DNA from: Cyanidioschyzon merolae
Lineage: Eukaryota
DNA: 64,000 bases
Assembly (NCBI GenBank): GCA_000091205.1
Contig: AP006496.2
Strand: one strand, 5' to 3'
The notes below the pieces were generated by a model. It had not been told where the DNA came from. It saw only the letters and a list, made by a program, of their open reading frames with translations, and made no database searches. Every line of letters starts with the position of its first letter. Positions within the stretch are counted from its first letter, which is position 1. Position numbers and translations under genes: made by a program. Below are positions 31,101 to 43,525 of this stretch, one piece after another.

Positions 31101-34100
31101 GGTGGTACCGGTGCAGCAATCGAATGTGAGCAAAGCACATCAAAAGGTACTAGCTGCTGTGGTTACCGCATATCCGGTTCCAGCGGGTATCGAGACGCTC
31201 CACTGGCGTCAACTGGGTTCCCTGTTGGTTGCCCAAACACAGTCGGATGCTCCGGAAGCGGATCGAGTGCGCTACAAGGTTCTCCTAGAACAAGCGCTTC
31301 GATCGGAAGAGGCGGCTCTGCAGAGAGCAGCACTCGAGGCGCTCTTCCAGTCATCGACCTGGCACCAGCAGCACCGTCGAGCATACCTGCCTCCGTTGCT
31401 GGTACTGTTGCAACCCAGAGCTGATAACGCGCCTGCCAAAGCGCATCGAACGCGACTCGTGGGTACTCGTTTGGCAACGCTTCGGGAGCAGGTCGCCATG
31501 CTCTATGGAGCGCTGGTGGACCTCGCTGCGGTGCAGGCGCCACAAACGAAGCCTTCGGACGATAGGCAGCCGGCCGCCGAGGATGGTCCGAAGCAGCCGC
31601 TGCTCTATCAACTGGAGCAGCGTTTTCAGCAGATCCTGCAGTCACGGTCGTCGGCGATAACACTGGAACGACACCAGGCCGCCTCAGCGGACTCACCGGG
31701 GGATTTCACGTACTCGAGGAGCGGCTCGAAGAGAGCGGCTCGCATCAGGGAGGTACCTCCAGCCGCTACAGTGGAGTCGATCGTTATTCTACCCAATGAC
31801 GCACCAGTGGTCATGCCGCTGGTCGCGAACCTGCTCTTTGGCAGAGCGAGAGCACTCGCCCGCTTTCTGGGTACCGGGTCCACGCAGGGTACGCAGAAAA
31901 AGCGCTATCGTGCGCTCTTTCAAGCGATCATGCAGTGCTACGGTTTCATGGGTCGCTATCCACAGATACTGCAGGATCTGGCCCGGCTGATCCAGCAAGA
32001 GCAACGCGAAGAGACGCGGCTTGTTCTGGCGATCGCAGTAGCGGACCTGATCCAGAGTGGCCTCGAAACGCCCTGGAGCCTATTCGCTAGCATTACTGCA
32101 CTTGCGTGGGCATCGTTTTGTTGTTGGTATGCTCCGGAGCGCGAGGCGAATAAGGGCAAGAGGCGACTTGCCGCTAGACTGCTTCAGCGGATGCTCTGCT
32201 TGTTGGCGAATGACCAGGTTCACGGACGTGTCAACGGATGGGTACCGGTTGCGTCTGCTGAAGCAGCGCACTCGACTGCACCATCCGGCATCGGGGCATT
32301 TGTAGAGAACGCGAGCACGACAATTACGTCCAGGATGGAAGAGCCTGGCGTCATGGTCGTGGACGACGTCGAGGCAAGCGCGGAATCCGCTTCGTTGAGA
32401 GCGGTAACTGGCCAGCGGGTCGAGCACTCGGACGCTTTCGAAGAATCTTCCATTCCAGGGCAAGTTGAGTGGACCCAGATGCTACCGCCAACATGGTTTG
32501 CGGACCTGTTGCGGCTCTTGAACAACGCCTTGGCGAGGCTGAGTCTCGGCGAGGAGACGCAGTCGGCTCCGTCGCTGTTCGCACCGTTGCAGGTATTGCT
32601 CGAAACGGAGTGCTACGTACAAAAGCTTGTCCGAGGATATCCAGTAGAAACAGCGATGCTTTGGCAATACTTGGTGAACTGTTTGCTTCAGGTTAGGCAG
32701 CAGAATTTGCAGTGCCTTTTGCTGCGCTTGATGGATGCACTGCTGCAGCGTACAGCGCGAGGCCAGTGGCCACCAGTGCTCGTGCAGGCCCTCGTGCGCT
32801 GCCTTCTCGTGTCATCGCCTCGGGCTTGGAAAGCTGATGCGAAGCTTCGAGTTGCAAAGCGTCGACCCGAACCGGAAGGCCCGGTCCAGCAAGCTGCACT
32901 CCAGTTGTTGTTGCAGCTTGCGGAGCGCCTGGGAAACGAGCTGGCAATCGACGAGTCGTGTGTTATCGACCAGTGCATGGACGTAAGCGCAAGCGCGTCT
33001 CTTCTGCCAAGCTACGCTCAAGAGCAGCATGCAGCAGTGCCTGCAGAGACGCGGAAAGCGATGCATGCTCAGTCGCTTGCCGGGACGTCCTCGGAGTCCA
33101 GCCCGACGCAAGGCGTTCCAATGGATACCGCAGCGACTGCTCGCGTTACCGGCAGAGGCGCTTTAGCGGAACCCGCAGAAGCTGGGCTCGTCTTTCGGCA
33201 AGGCACTGCCGTACAAGTCCCAGGAGAGGCCGTCCCATGCACATTGCAGCAGGCAGCACTGGTACTCCTGGAGGCACTGCTGATGCTCATGGCACGCAAA
33301 CGTATCCAAGAGGCAACGCGGTGGACGCTGCTGGACAGTTTCCACAGCGTCTGTGTGCGTCTGCAGCATCGGCTGCTTCCCGAACAATGGGAAAGGCTCC
33401 TGGTACTGCTCGTGCAACTCTTTGAGCGTGCAGAATTGTTCCCGCTGGCGAGTCGAATGCGCTGGGAACTCGCTCGTCGTCTGGTGACACTCTGCGACCA
33501 TATTCCCGACCCGAGCTTGCGAGCACGCGTAGGCCCTGTAGCGAGCCTGTTGGAGCGCTTGAATCGCATATCGCCCACAAGCATCGGACAGATAGACTGG
33601 GACAGTGTTCTGGGTGCGTACGCAGAGCGCTTTGATGAGCACCATGACGCCGACTGGCGTCTCCTGGTGCCACACCTCATGGCAGGCATGCAGTTCACAG
33701 ATGCAGCTATTCGTAGCGCTGCAAGCGAGGCACTGATCAAACTGGTTGGTAGCGCTGTATCAACACCAAGGACATGTAGCGGGACAGAGAGCACCAGCGT
33801 CGCCGCTCCTGCAACACGAATAGCGTCAGCGACACCTGGAGAGGCACAAGCCCCGACAAAAGCTACCCGGCAAGTGCCCTGTGCAAGCGAGGCATCCCGG
33901 GTTGTCTTGGCGTCAGGTGTCGCGACGTCGCCGAGAGCGCTGGTGTCGCCCGTTGCAAGTCGCTTGCGGAAACGAGCGCTCACGACGCAATCTATCAGGC
34001 AGCTGGACACCATACTGAAGACCTACGGCCAACTGGTCCGTCTCGCTACACCGGGACTCGACCCGGTGTGGCTCGATGGCCTGCGTCCGCTCACCGAAGC

Positions 34101-35400
34101 CGTCGACGAGTCCGAAGACGTGTTCCAGTGCCTGGTTCACCAGCAACTGGCTACGCGTATCCGCGCATGCAGACTCCTCGATCAAGTCCTGGCAACGGGC
34201 AGTATTCCGGTGCTTGTGCGGAAAGCATTCCTGGTACCACTCGTTGAAAAATTGATCGGATTAGCGAGTACGTCAAGTCGTGTGCATTCCGAAATAGAGC
34301 AACTACAGACGAGCTGGTTGGCGAGCGCTCAGGCGCTATTGGCGGAGCGCCTCCTGGCATCGCTGCCGTCAAGCTGGTGTTGGCAACGCTTTGCGCTGCA
34401 TCTTCATCGTTTCGAACGACTAGCATCCAGCCAGAGGAGCGCAAGCACTCGTGAAGATGCCCATTCAGACGCGCGTATGTCCGCGAATGCACGACGACTC
34501 GGGCAAGCGCAGGTATTGGTGGTCTATGCCCGAGCGCTCGCTGCGCTGCCGAGTATACCGCAGGAGGTATCGGAAGCGCAGCAAATAGATCAAGCACCGG
34601 ATACACAACACGCACCGATTATGGTGCAAAACGAGCATCGAACAGTGTCACCAGAGACACAAAAATCGGGGAATGCTCCCGAGCAGCTGCTCGAGCGACT
34701 GGATGCACTCCTGGTGGCGACAAGTCTCCGTGACACCGCAGCAGTCGAGGCAGACTGCCCAGCGAGTGATCGGCACCTGGAACGAATCGTTTGGGAAATC
34801 GTGCTGCGCCTTCTCCAAGCGCTTCCGAGGCAGCAGCAGCAGCAGCGTGCAGTCTGGGTACCGCGTCTCGTTACCCGCTGGATACGTACGCTCGGTTTAC
34901 GCAACCAGCAACGGCGAGACGACGCACGCGAAGCGCTTCAGTTGTTGCTGCGGATTCTGGGACCTGAATGGCTCTGGTGCATCGCTCGCCAGTTAACGGA
35001 GACGGTGCAGGTATCCGCATCGAGAAAAGCGCTGCAGCATTCGGAAGGCACTTGGCGACTTCACGTCTGGGCGTACACGTTGCACATGTTGCTGCAGACA
35101 ACGCTGGAGTGTGATGCGTACCCCACTTGGCATCTGGATCTGGATACGCTCCAACGTGTACTCGGACTAGTGTTGCTGGTGGAGTTTCGGGATCCCGTTC
35201 TCGAAGCAGAGAAGCGCGTATCCAAGCTCTATGCGGATATCCGCGAGGTTCATGTACACAGCGCGGAGCGTTGTCTCACGCTGCTGGGTCGAGTATGGCC
35301 GATGGATCGGCTAGCGAACATGGTGCTTGCGTTGGAGCTCTTTGTGCGGGCGTTTCGTGAACGACTCGCGTTTGATACCAGTGGGTCGACGACGACGACG

Positions 35401-35466
<66 letters not shown>

Positions 35467-35692
35467 GGCGTGCCCAGCAGTGCCGAGCGGTATCGTGCTG
35501 CCTCTATAGCGGAACGCGAGCAATGGCGCCGTCTCCTGCACGCTTTTGTGGACGGCATCCATCGACAGGAACTGCATGCAGTTGCACCTGAGGATGCCGA
35601 GACAGCAGTCGCATCCCAAGCACTTGTTCTGCGATATTTGCTGACGAAGCCGTCCCCTCGGATGCGTACGGATCCGGGAGCTGATACTGTTA

Positions 35693-35738
<46 letters not shown>

Positions 35739-38706
35739 AGAAAAGACGCCTCGAATGACGACTGGGTCTGGCACCTCTGAAACGATCGGCTTTAGGGATA
35801 CCATGCGGGAAAGCGCGCACTTGTCTGTGAGGAATCGAACGAGTGCTGGACGTACGCAAGTCGCGGCGAGCAAGGACGCACAGTCACCATCTGGAGAGCG
35901 TCACATACAAAAAACGCCTTTATCGATCGATCAAGCGAGATCCAAACACCAGTACGTAAGAGAGAACGTTCCACCTGAGCACCGGAGCCGACAGGCGCTG
36001 CAAGGAGAACGGAAAGCGCGCCTAACCGCTGATCACCACAGAGACAAGAACGCAACAACGGAGAGCAGCGCTCGAGCGGATGCGCTGGGCCTTGGAATAC
36101 TCGACGCCGGGCAACTAGCCATTGTAGAACAAGTGCAGCAGCTGAGCCCCGAACTTGAGACATTTCGCCAAACGAGACGCTCCGAGGCCGCTATTCTCGT
36201 CGAAGTTGCGCTGTACTGGGCCTGGCATTGGCGACTGCTGCGGGAACAGCGTCCGTCGTGTGGCGCGACAACCAGACGCTCTAGCTCGCCTCGTGTGGAT
36301 GTCACTCGTAGGCAGCGGACTGCATCGGAAGAGGCGCACGAGGCGGTGGAGCTAGACGGAACGGCACCGGGGAACGCCAGCCTATCCGTCGAGGCCTCCG
36401 AGGCATCCTTACCGGGGCGCTCACCAGAAGAGGTTGCATGGCAACGTGCCCGACTTGTTGTGTGGCGCCTGCTGGTGGAGCCTCTGGTGCTCGAGACGCT
36501 TCGAGCACGTCACGATGAACTGGTGATTCGTTCCCTGCAGTTGCTGGAACGTTTGTGGCGCGCTCCGCATCTGGTCCAAGACAAGAGCATTCGCGTACAC
36601 CTCAAGAGGCTTGCGCCGACTCTCGAGGAACTCTTGGAGCGGCAGATCGTCTCGAGTAGTGCAGAGCAAGCGGGTGCGGCGCTCCCATGCTCGAACTCGG
36701 TTTGGCGTTCGCATGCATTGCCGGCTTCTGGTACTGCCTCGAACCGCGACCTCTTTACGACGTTGTTGCGCGTCATGGCAACACTCGTGACGCTTCCCGC
36801 TCCGCTACCCACGATCATGGGCGTGCGGAAACGCTCGCAACAGTTGCTCACCAAGGCGGCTGCCAGTGCGCTCACCCTGGACAGTTCTCCGAGTCGTCTG
36901 TCGGCGGGGATGACGGTGTTTCGATTGGCGTTACGTGCTGCTCCCGAAACGAATGCCGCATCGACTGCGGTGGACTGGTGCACCCGGTCAACGCTGTGGC
37001 CCCTGGTCGAGCGTCTGAGCCAACTGTTGATCCAGCGCTCCGATGCAACGCTGCGAGATCAGTGCATCTCGCTTCTGGTGCGTTACTGCTGGAATCGTCG
37101 AACCAGCGAGACAGAAAGGCAGCGTCTCTTGGACCTGATGGTGCAGCATCTAGACTATACGTACGAGGACGGTCGCGTCGCCTGCTTGCTCTTCTTGCAG
37201 CGGCTTGTAGAATCCGCACGAACTAGCAGTAACGGCAGCAGCAGCGCTGATGATCACGCTCGCCTAGAGTCGACTGCGTCGAACGTTGCACTCGGTGAGT
37301 ACCTGCTCGCGCCGCTGGCGGTGCGTTTGGTGAATGAGCACGGAAGCGAAGCATACCAGGTGCTGAGGGCATGTGTACGGGCGCTCTTCGAGCCATTGCC
37401 GTCCAGTTCGACAGGCACGGGTGTTGAACGACCTGTCGCTTTGACACCGGGAGCGCGTTCGCTCCAGCAACTGGTAGCACGCTGGCTGGAACCGGGACAC
37501 GAGCCCGGTGTGCGACTAGCTGCCGCCCTGGTGTTCACATTGGTTCCGGCTGGTTCGCCTCGGGAGCTGGTGACGCTCCTGTTTGAAGCCATGGAGCCCT
37601 TCATCCGGGGGAATGCGTCCGCAGAGCGCGACGACTCGACCCCGGCGACAGCGCGGGCGATGCGGCACAAGGAACCAGCACACGAGGCGCTTCCACTGAG
37701 CGCTTCGTACTCTGAGTACGAGGAGCAGGGCGAAACGCTTGCCAACAACGCGGCTGCCGACGTACACCGGGGCATCTCGCGTTGGTGCCTAGCCTATGCC
37801 GCGAGTCGTGCTCTGGAGCAGACGCTGCAGCCGGAACACGTGCAGTGCTCGCCCTGGACGAAGGCGGACGCAACCAGACTCGTGGATGCGTTGGCGTTTG
37901 GGCTTCCCCAAACCGATCGGGTCAGTTTGTTGCTGCATCCGCATCCATGGGTGCGGGCCTCGCTTACCCGCCTAATGGAACTCATGTGGCAACGCGAACA
38001 GCATCCGCAAGAGCGAGCGTCTGCTCCCGAATGGAGTCCAGCACATGTGAGTGCTATTGCCGCGGCGCTCTGTCGACAGCTGAGCGCCTTCCAGGGACGC
38101 AATACCGAAGCAACTGCGGTCATAGAGCGACTCCTGATCGCGATGGCACTTGTGCTGGGCCAGGAGGCGGGTTCCAGTTGGCGCTGGCTATTGCGGCGCT
38201 TGTCGGGACTTGCTTCTCGGGCTCGAGAGCAGACCAGCACACGTCGAGTGGCGCTTCGCGTTCTCGAGCAGCTGCTCCGGAAACACACCGGTGCTGCGAG
38301 CACGACGGAATCACGGGCTGCACAGTCTACTGAGCATCAGCGTGAGTCTCGCGAAAAGCCAGGTCAATTAGCATGGTCTCGGGCGATAGAGCCGTTCCTC
38401 GCTGCCTGGATATTTCCCGTGTATCGCCTGGATCGGCTGCGGGCAAACGCGGAAAACGCTCATTTGGATGCTGAACTAGAGGCCTCAGCCGAGCGCATTC
38501 GTTCTGAACTTGAGCAACCGGATCGACTCGGTGCGGTGCGCTTCTGGGAGGTCTACCACCGTGTGACTGCTCGCGATCGCCAAGAGCGAGCTGCACGCCT
38601 CGCGGAACGAAAGCGCTTGGCGCTTGTCGATAGCGTGGAAGCTGCGCAAAGGAAACGTCGACGGCATGGTGCTTCGCGAACAGCGCGGACTTTGGAGAAG
38701 GTATAG
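28117..38706 (+). CDS. UTP20: UTP20/DRIM small-subunit processome component, giant form with low-complexity insertions
   Basis: Track ORF 28066..38706 (3546 aa) starts with TTG; the first ATG at 28117 gives MKVLNKSGRGERQFKFLSLRDRLRQLN, matching the human UTP20 N-terminus MKTKPVSHKTENTYRFLTFAERLGNVNIDI. A DRIM-like segment is IDWDSVLGAYAERFDEHHDADWRLLVPHLMAGMQFTDAAIRSAASEALIKLV, compared with yeast YDFPRILSTFKGLIEDGYKSYSELEWLPLLFTFLHFINNKEELALRTNASHAIMKFI. The C-proximal motif LLLHPHPWVRASLTRLMEL matches yeast CLLYPHSWVRQSAANLVHQL and human LRHPHNWVWLTAAQIF. The C-terminus is basic (QRKRRRH). HEAT/ARM-like leucine-rich helices run throughout. Confidence 0.78.
35386..35467. repeat. (ACGACA)n/(ACG)n coding microsatellite encoding a 27-residue poly-Thr tract inside UTP20
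   Basis: Seen directly: gacgacgacgacgacaacgacaacgacaacgacaacgacaacgacaacgacaacgacaacgacaacgacaacgacg. It is followed at about 35692-35738 by (ACT)5(GCT)10-11 encoding TTTTTAAAAAAAAAAA. Confidence 0.9.
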
Positions 38707-39366
38707 AAGAAATCGAATGCCCAGTCGGATGGCGTGCAGTACTTCTGGTACGGTTGAGGGGATACCGGGCTTCCGTGCTTGGCGGAACAGGGCGCGTCGC
38801 TGCCTCTAGACACAGGCATCGGCGCTGGGGATAAAGGTCAGACCGGATAGGGTTTGTTTTCGTTTTTGAAGAGAGCGCGCTGCATCCGAGCGTCTAGGAA
38901 ACGCCCTCGTGTGACGCAGCATGCTACTCGACAGCAGCGAACTGACGCCGCTGGCAAAGTCCGCTGGTGAGCTCCACTTGCCTTGGCTGGACGCTGATCG
39001 CTCTACCAAAGGGCATGATGTCGCTGTATGTGGATAGCATGTTGGGCGCTCGGCAGTTTCTTGACTAGCGAGAACGAGATATTCAGCTCGGACATGAAGC
39101 AAGTGCGCACTTTGTGTGAATGCTTTATACCAGAGGAAACTTGCTCGTTGAAAGCTAGAAAGTTGGACGCGGACACGCCGCTGAACACCAGTTGAGCACG
39201 ACTCTGGTTTGAACGTGTTCGCTACAAAGCGCACAGGTGCTCGCGCGTCTGGCTGAGAGGCATTTTGCCGTGACGCTGTAGTTGGTCTAGTCATCCGGTG
39301 CTGCACCGTTCATTGTGACGCGCCCATGACCCTACACACACGGACATGTATATATGTGTATCCGGT

Positions 39367-40461
39367 TCATGCTGCCGAGGTATCCGACGGGTCCAGGGTC
39401 CACGAGGTGCCTCCGGATACCACCGCCTGTTCCCGCGTTCGCGTACTTTGCACCGAGTCATTGCCATCGGGCAAAGAATCTGGTGACGTGCTTCGTTCAC
39501 AATTGACCTGTGAACCTGTCGCATTCAAGCACGCGACCTCTGCCCGAGACGCAGCTGGCGAACGTTTGCGTTGGGGAAGCACCTCGTTCAGCGCCTGGGA
39601 CCACGACTGACCTGCAGCCACTCGAGCGAGTGCCTCGAACGCATGGCAAGTAGTGAGCACCGGAGAGCCTCGCCACGAAGGTAACAGCTCCAGCGGGAGA
39701 CGGCGAGCTGGCAATCCCAGTGTCTGCGCTCGCTCGAGCATCAGTCCTTTCAGGCGGTTGCGATCTACGATGCCGCCCAGGATGTAGAGCGTATTCGGTT
39801 CTACCTGCATGAGCGTCTGCGTTGCATCGGCTGTAAGAACCACTGCGTCGATAGCACCAGCGGTTTCAGCGAGATACGAGGCCAAGTCGCTGCTGGTCCA
39901 GGTGATGCTGGGCCAACGCAGTGCCTCTTCACCGAAGACCTGGCTCCGGATATCAAGCGCTCGCGTATCTAGTCCGCAAATCGTCACTTGGAAGGTACAT
40001 ATGTGTTCCTGTTTCCGCAACAGGGCTTCACGTACGAGTCGTCTGTTCACAACGTACATTTGACGAAGTTGGATGATGCTCTTGCGCAGTTCTTTGGAGG
40101 TGAGCAATGCGCTCGCTCCCAGATCAACGATGCAGTGAAAGCGTCGAGATATTTGCTGAGAATGTGTGCATTGGAGATAGTCTCGTATCAGGCGTTCGAG
40201 ACCTCTTGTTGAGGCATCTGTTACATGAGTTTCACCAGATTGTCGTTCGCCTGTTGTGTCGAGTCCCGCGAGCGTCTGTGAGGTCTCCAGTTGACGCCGC
40301 TGACGCCTCCGCTGCTTCGCTGCTGTTCGGCGCTCCGCTCGCCTCGCAAGGTACAGCTCGTGTCGAAGACGACGCTTTCTTGCTTTCTTTGACTCTGGTA
40401 TTGAGGCTGAAGGTGTCCGATCCGATTCGAGGTCCGGAACACGAGCCCCTGGAACTGACAT
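39367..40461 (-). CDS. TRM10: tRNA (guanine9-N1)-methyltransferase Trm10/TRMT10 (SPOUT class)
   Basis: 364-aa ORF; the ATG at 40459-40461 was verified. Basic N-terminal region (KKARKRRLRHELYLARRAERRTAAKQRRRQRRQ), then the SPOUT domain: FHCIVDLGASALLTSKELRKSIIQL...TLYILGGIVDRNRLKGLMLERAQTLGLPARRLPLE...VLTTCHAFEALARVAAGQSWSQALNEVLPQRKR vs yeast Trm10 LVIDCAFDDLMNDKEINSL...[37 protein letters not shown]...ILTVNQVFEILSLWLEYRDWEKAFMEVIPKRK. Confidence 0.85.
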   Translation of the reverse strand: MSVPGARVPDLESDRTPSASIPESKKARKRRLRHELYLARRAERRTAAKQRRRQRRQLETSQTLAGLDTTGERQSGETHVTDASTRGLERLIRDYLQCTHSQQISRRFHCIVDLGASALLTSKELRKSIIQLRQMYVVNRRLVREALLRKQEHICTFQVTICGLDTRALDIRSQVFGEEALRWPSITWTSSDLASYLAETAGAIDAVVLTADATQTLMQVEPNTLYILGGIVDRNRLKGLMLERAQTLGLPARRLPLELLPSWRGSPVLTTCHAFEALARVAAGQSWSQALNEVLPQRKRSPAASRAEVACLNATGSQVNCERSTSPDSLPDGNDSVQSTRTREQAVVSGGTSWTLDPSDTSAA

Positions 40462-41793
40462 GCACCAGAGCGCGGCTGCAGCCTTGCCGGTTGCTACGCA
40501 GATCGCTCGCTACGCTCGAGTGTCCGAGTGGTACTGCGCGCTTCGGGTCAGGTAGCTGCTGGGTGCACCCAGATAACGCGCAAAACGGGATCGCTGCACG
40601 ACAAGCAAAACCGGTTGCTTCCCAGGAACGCTGAACGACTCGGCAAACGAGTCTGGCGTTGGAGGCAGAGCGCGTTGCTCCCGACGATATCGTCGTTCGG
40701 TTCGTGCTTCGTGCGCCTGGTTCGAGTTCAAAGCAACACGAGTACCCGATGATACAAGCAAAGAGACGGAAGGTTCAGTCTTTCATCAAACGCAGTTTAC
40801 CTACAGTCCTGATGATTGCGTGTTCGCTTACACCGAAACGTATCCTGAACCAGGGAAAATGTCTGCTGGCTGGAGTGCTCGACCTCGGGGCGGCCTCTAC
40901 CAGCATGCGTCACACGTTGCCGCCCGTGTATTCCTGCAACCTAAATAAGGACGATGACGTAGATGGTGATACTTGCGAACCACTCTTAAAAGGCAAGTGA
41001 ATCACAGAGGCTTCGTAGATACCAAGAGCAGTTCGGGCTCTTTCGAGGAAACCGCCGAACGCTACCTGTGCAACATTTTGTATGCTACCGGAAACACCGG
41101 GGCGACTCGCTTGTCAGCTATGCAGCCTTTCCGCAGGAAAACGGGTACCGTGGGCCAGCCCTTCGTAGCGTGCGCACCACTTGGACGATTATGGTGTTGA
41201 TTCCGAATGTCCGTGTCAGTCGGGTCGCTGTGGTTTCTCGAATGCTGCATCTTGCGTCTTGCACGTATCAGAAAACTATCCCAGGCGACTTGCCCCAAAC
41301 AACCATAGATTCGTCTTTACCGAGAAATATCCCCGGCATCGGCTGAGCCAGCGAGAGTTCTTGTGAAAGCAACGAGCACTGCTAATCGTCTTGAGCAACA
41401 TGAACCGGTGTTGCAGTTCCAGACAACATGGTTTGCCCGAACAGATGCTTCGCAAACAGGTTTCCTCTGAATTCGAGATTCTCCGTCTATGCACCATTGT
41501 AGCCGATGCTTGATTATAACCTTGCAGCTTCGTTGCATGCCATGCACTCTGCTCTCTGTGATTCGTGTTTATGTACGTACCTTGTCGGTGCTTGATTCTA
41601 AGCTTGCATCTCCGTCGCAAGCAAGTTCCTTTTGCATTCTACGATTCCTGTTTATGCACTATTGCAGCCGGTGCGCGGTGATGCGCTCTGCACCCTTGTC
41701 GGAATGCACTGGGGCAGGTTCCCGAACACTGGTGTACTCGTTGAAAATTGGGTCTCTTCCACTATCGATAACAGCAGCTGCTGCACGCTTTTT

Positions 41794-42580
41794 CTGTGAC
41801 TGCATCCTTTTCGACACCCTGATCCTCATTAGACCGGTCTCTGCTCACTCTCGCAGTCCTTTGACAAAAGTCGCCGGACGTTGTTGGCAGTGTTTGCGTC
41901 CCGATTTCAATGTGTTCGGCTATTGTCGACATAATCCACATACAGGCGAACGTTGCAAGCTACGCCTCGCTTGTCATTTTCATCTTCGATGCGTAGAGCA
42001 TCGGTGCACAGGGCGCAGCGATGATTCCTAACGACGATCAACTGCTCCCGTTCACCCATCACAAATTCCTCTTCCCGTTCCATGTCTTCTGGAGCATGAA
42101 CGCTTGTTTCTTCGCTCGGCGCATGCCGCTGACGCCTACGCAGGGTGCACCTCCGACGCCCATACCTTCGTTTCCGCGCCCGGCGCCGTACCCTACGATT
42201 CCAGGCCTCGTCTGGGCAATCCCTCGGGCGGGGACGCTGTCCGCTAGATGCACAGGCGCACGCTTCTCCACTCGATACGTAATTCGTGGAACGGGGTGTT
42301 GTCTGTGGAGAAACACGTGCCACAAGGCGAATCGACGCCGGGGAACAAGGCGCGGAATTGCGATCTGTCTACGCTCGCCTCGTGCAAGGCGCAGTCGCAC
42401 GCTGAAACGGAAGCGATCACTGTGATGACTCAACTGCGAATCAATGATCAGTCTGATGAAGTTGCTGTGGAATTCTGCTTTGCGAGATGCGTTGACTAGA
42501 AGGCGATTTGTCTTTTGAACGGAATCGATAATGTGCTGGGAAAATCCCAATCAACTTTCGGATTGAGCTTATGAACAGGC
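41794..42580. repeat. Direct repeat copy 1 (~787 bp), partner at 47154-47940
   Basis: ORF-track peptides are duplicated with a constant +5360 offset: 42021..42425 and 47381..47785; 42059..42550(-) and 47419..47910(-); 41907..42323(-) and 47267..47683(-). Boundaries from the sequence are ...ctgtgactgcatc at the left and ...gagcttatgaacaggc at the right. Confidence 0.9.
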
Positions 42581-43525
42581 CATCAAACGACGACGACGTG
42601 TTCTTTGACGCACCCGCCTGTCCAGTAGTGCGACTTGTTGCGCACACGACTTGCCGTGATAGATTGAAACGTTGAAGCATGCGTGAATCGCGCACGCTAC
42701 TCCTAAAGCAAGCAGCAGACTGGAACCTTGTTCTGTGAACAAAACAATACTATCGCTTATATTCCGAAATAGAGGTCGAGGGCATCGCGAATCACCTTGA
42801 TTCCGGTGAAATAACGAGTTCGAGGAGCAGCGCTTCGAAGGTGCCTTCGCGAAAAGACGTCCGGGATTCCTAACATCTCACGTGCGCTCCCATAAGCCTT
42901 CTGCTGCTCCACGTTCACATTTCGTCAATACATCTAAAATCAATTCAGAACAAAGTCTCAGTGCTCGAATCGATTGAGCATTTCCGCGTTACGCTTTCCC
43001 CAAGCGCCACTGCAGGCCAACGAGCGCTGCTGTGCCGTACGAGCCCGCAGCGTCGACAGCGGCGACGGTGTCGGGGCGCCCGACAACGCTGGCACTCGCC
43101 CCTTGCATCGGTATGCAAAGCGTACCTCAAGCAACGTCTACTTCGCATAGGTGCACTGCACTTGGGTTTTTGTAGCTTGCTGGATCTAGTTATTCCAGAG
43201 TAGCGCAGCGTGCGGCTGTTTGAGCGCGTTCCAGGCTTGGCAGCGTTCCGCGAAGCCCGAAGCAGAACGTCGCTAGTGGACGACGCGGCTGCGGCAGAGG
43301 CAGGTGCAGGCGCCCGGCGGAAAGCACACCAGTGTAGCAGCTATTGTGTGCGCTTACCCAGGTGAGTGCTGGTTGAGGTTTTAGGTTTGAGTGCGTCGGC
43401 TAGGTGCTCAGAGCATAACCTCTGAGACGCGAACGCGTAAGCGCCAGCTGCACGTGGAAACAGGGGACGTCTGCGGACAGCAGCCTGTGGCATTGCTTCC
43501 GTAGCCTAGGCCGGAGCCACATAGT

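Noticed and set aside
33069-34013. Long antisense ORFs inside UTP20 (for example 314 aa at 33069..34013 minus; 170 aa at 33163..33675; 207 aa at 35250..35873)
   Set aside because: They lie opposite a strongly supported coding region. Their composition (R/A/S/C-rich, or homopolymers from the microsatellites) indicates shadow ORFs caused by the GC3-biased sense strand.
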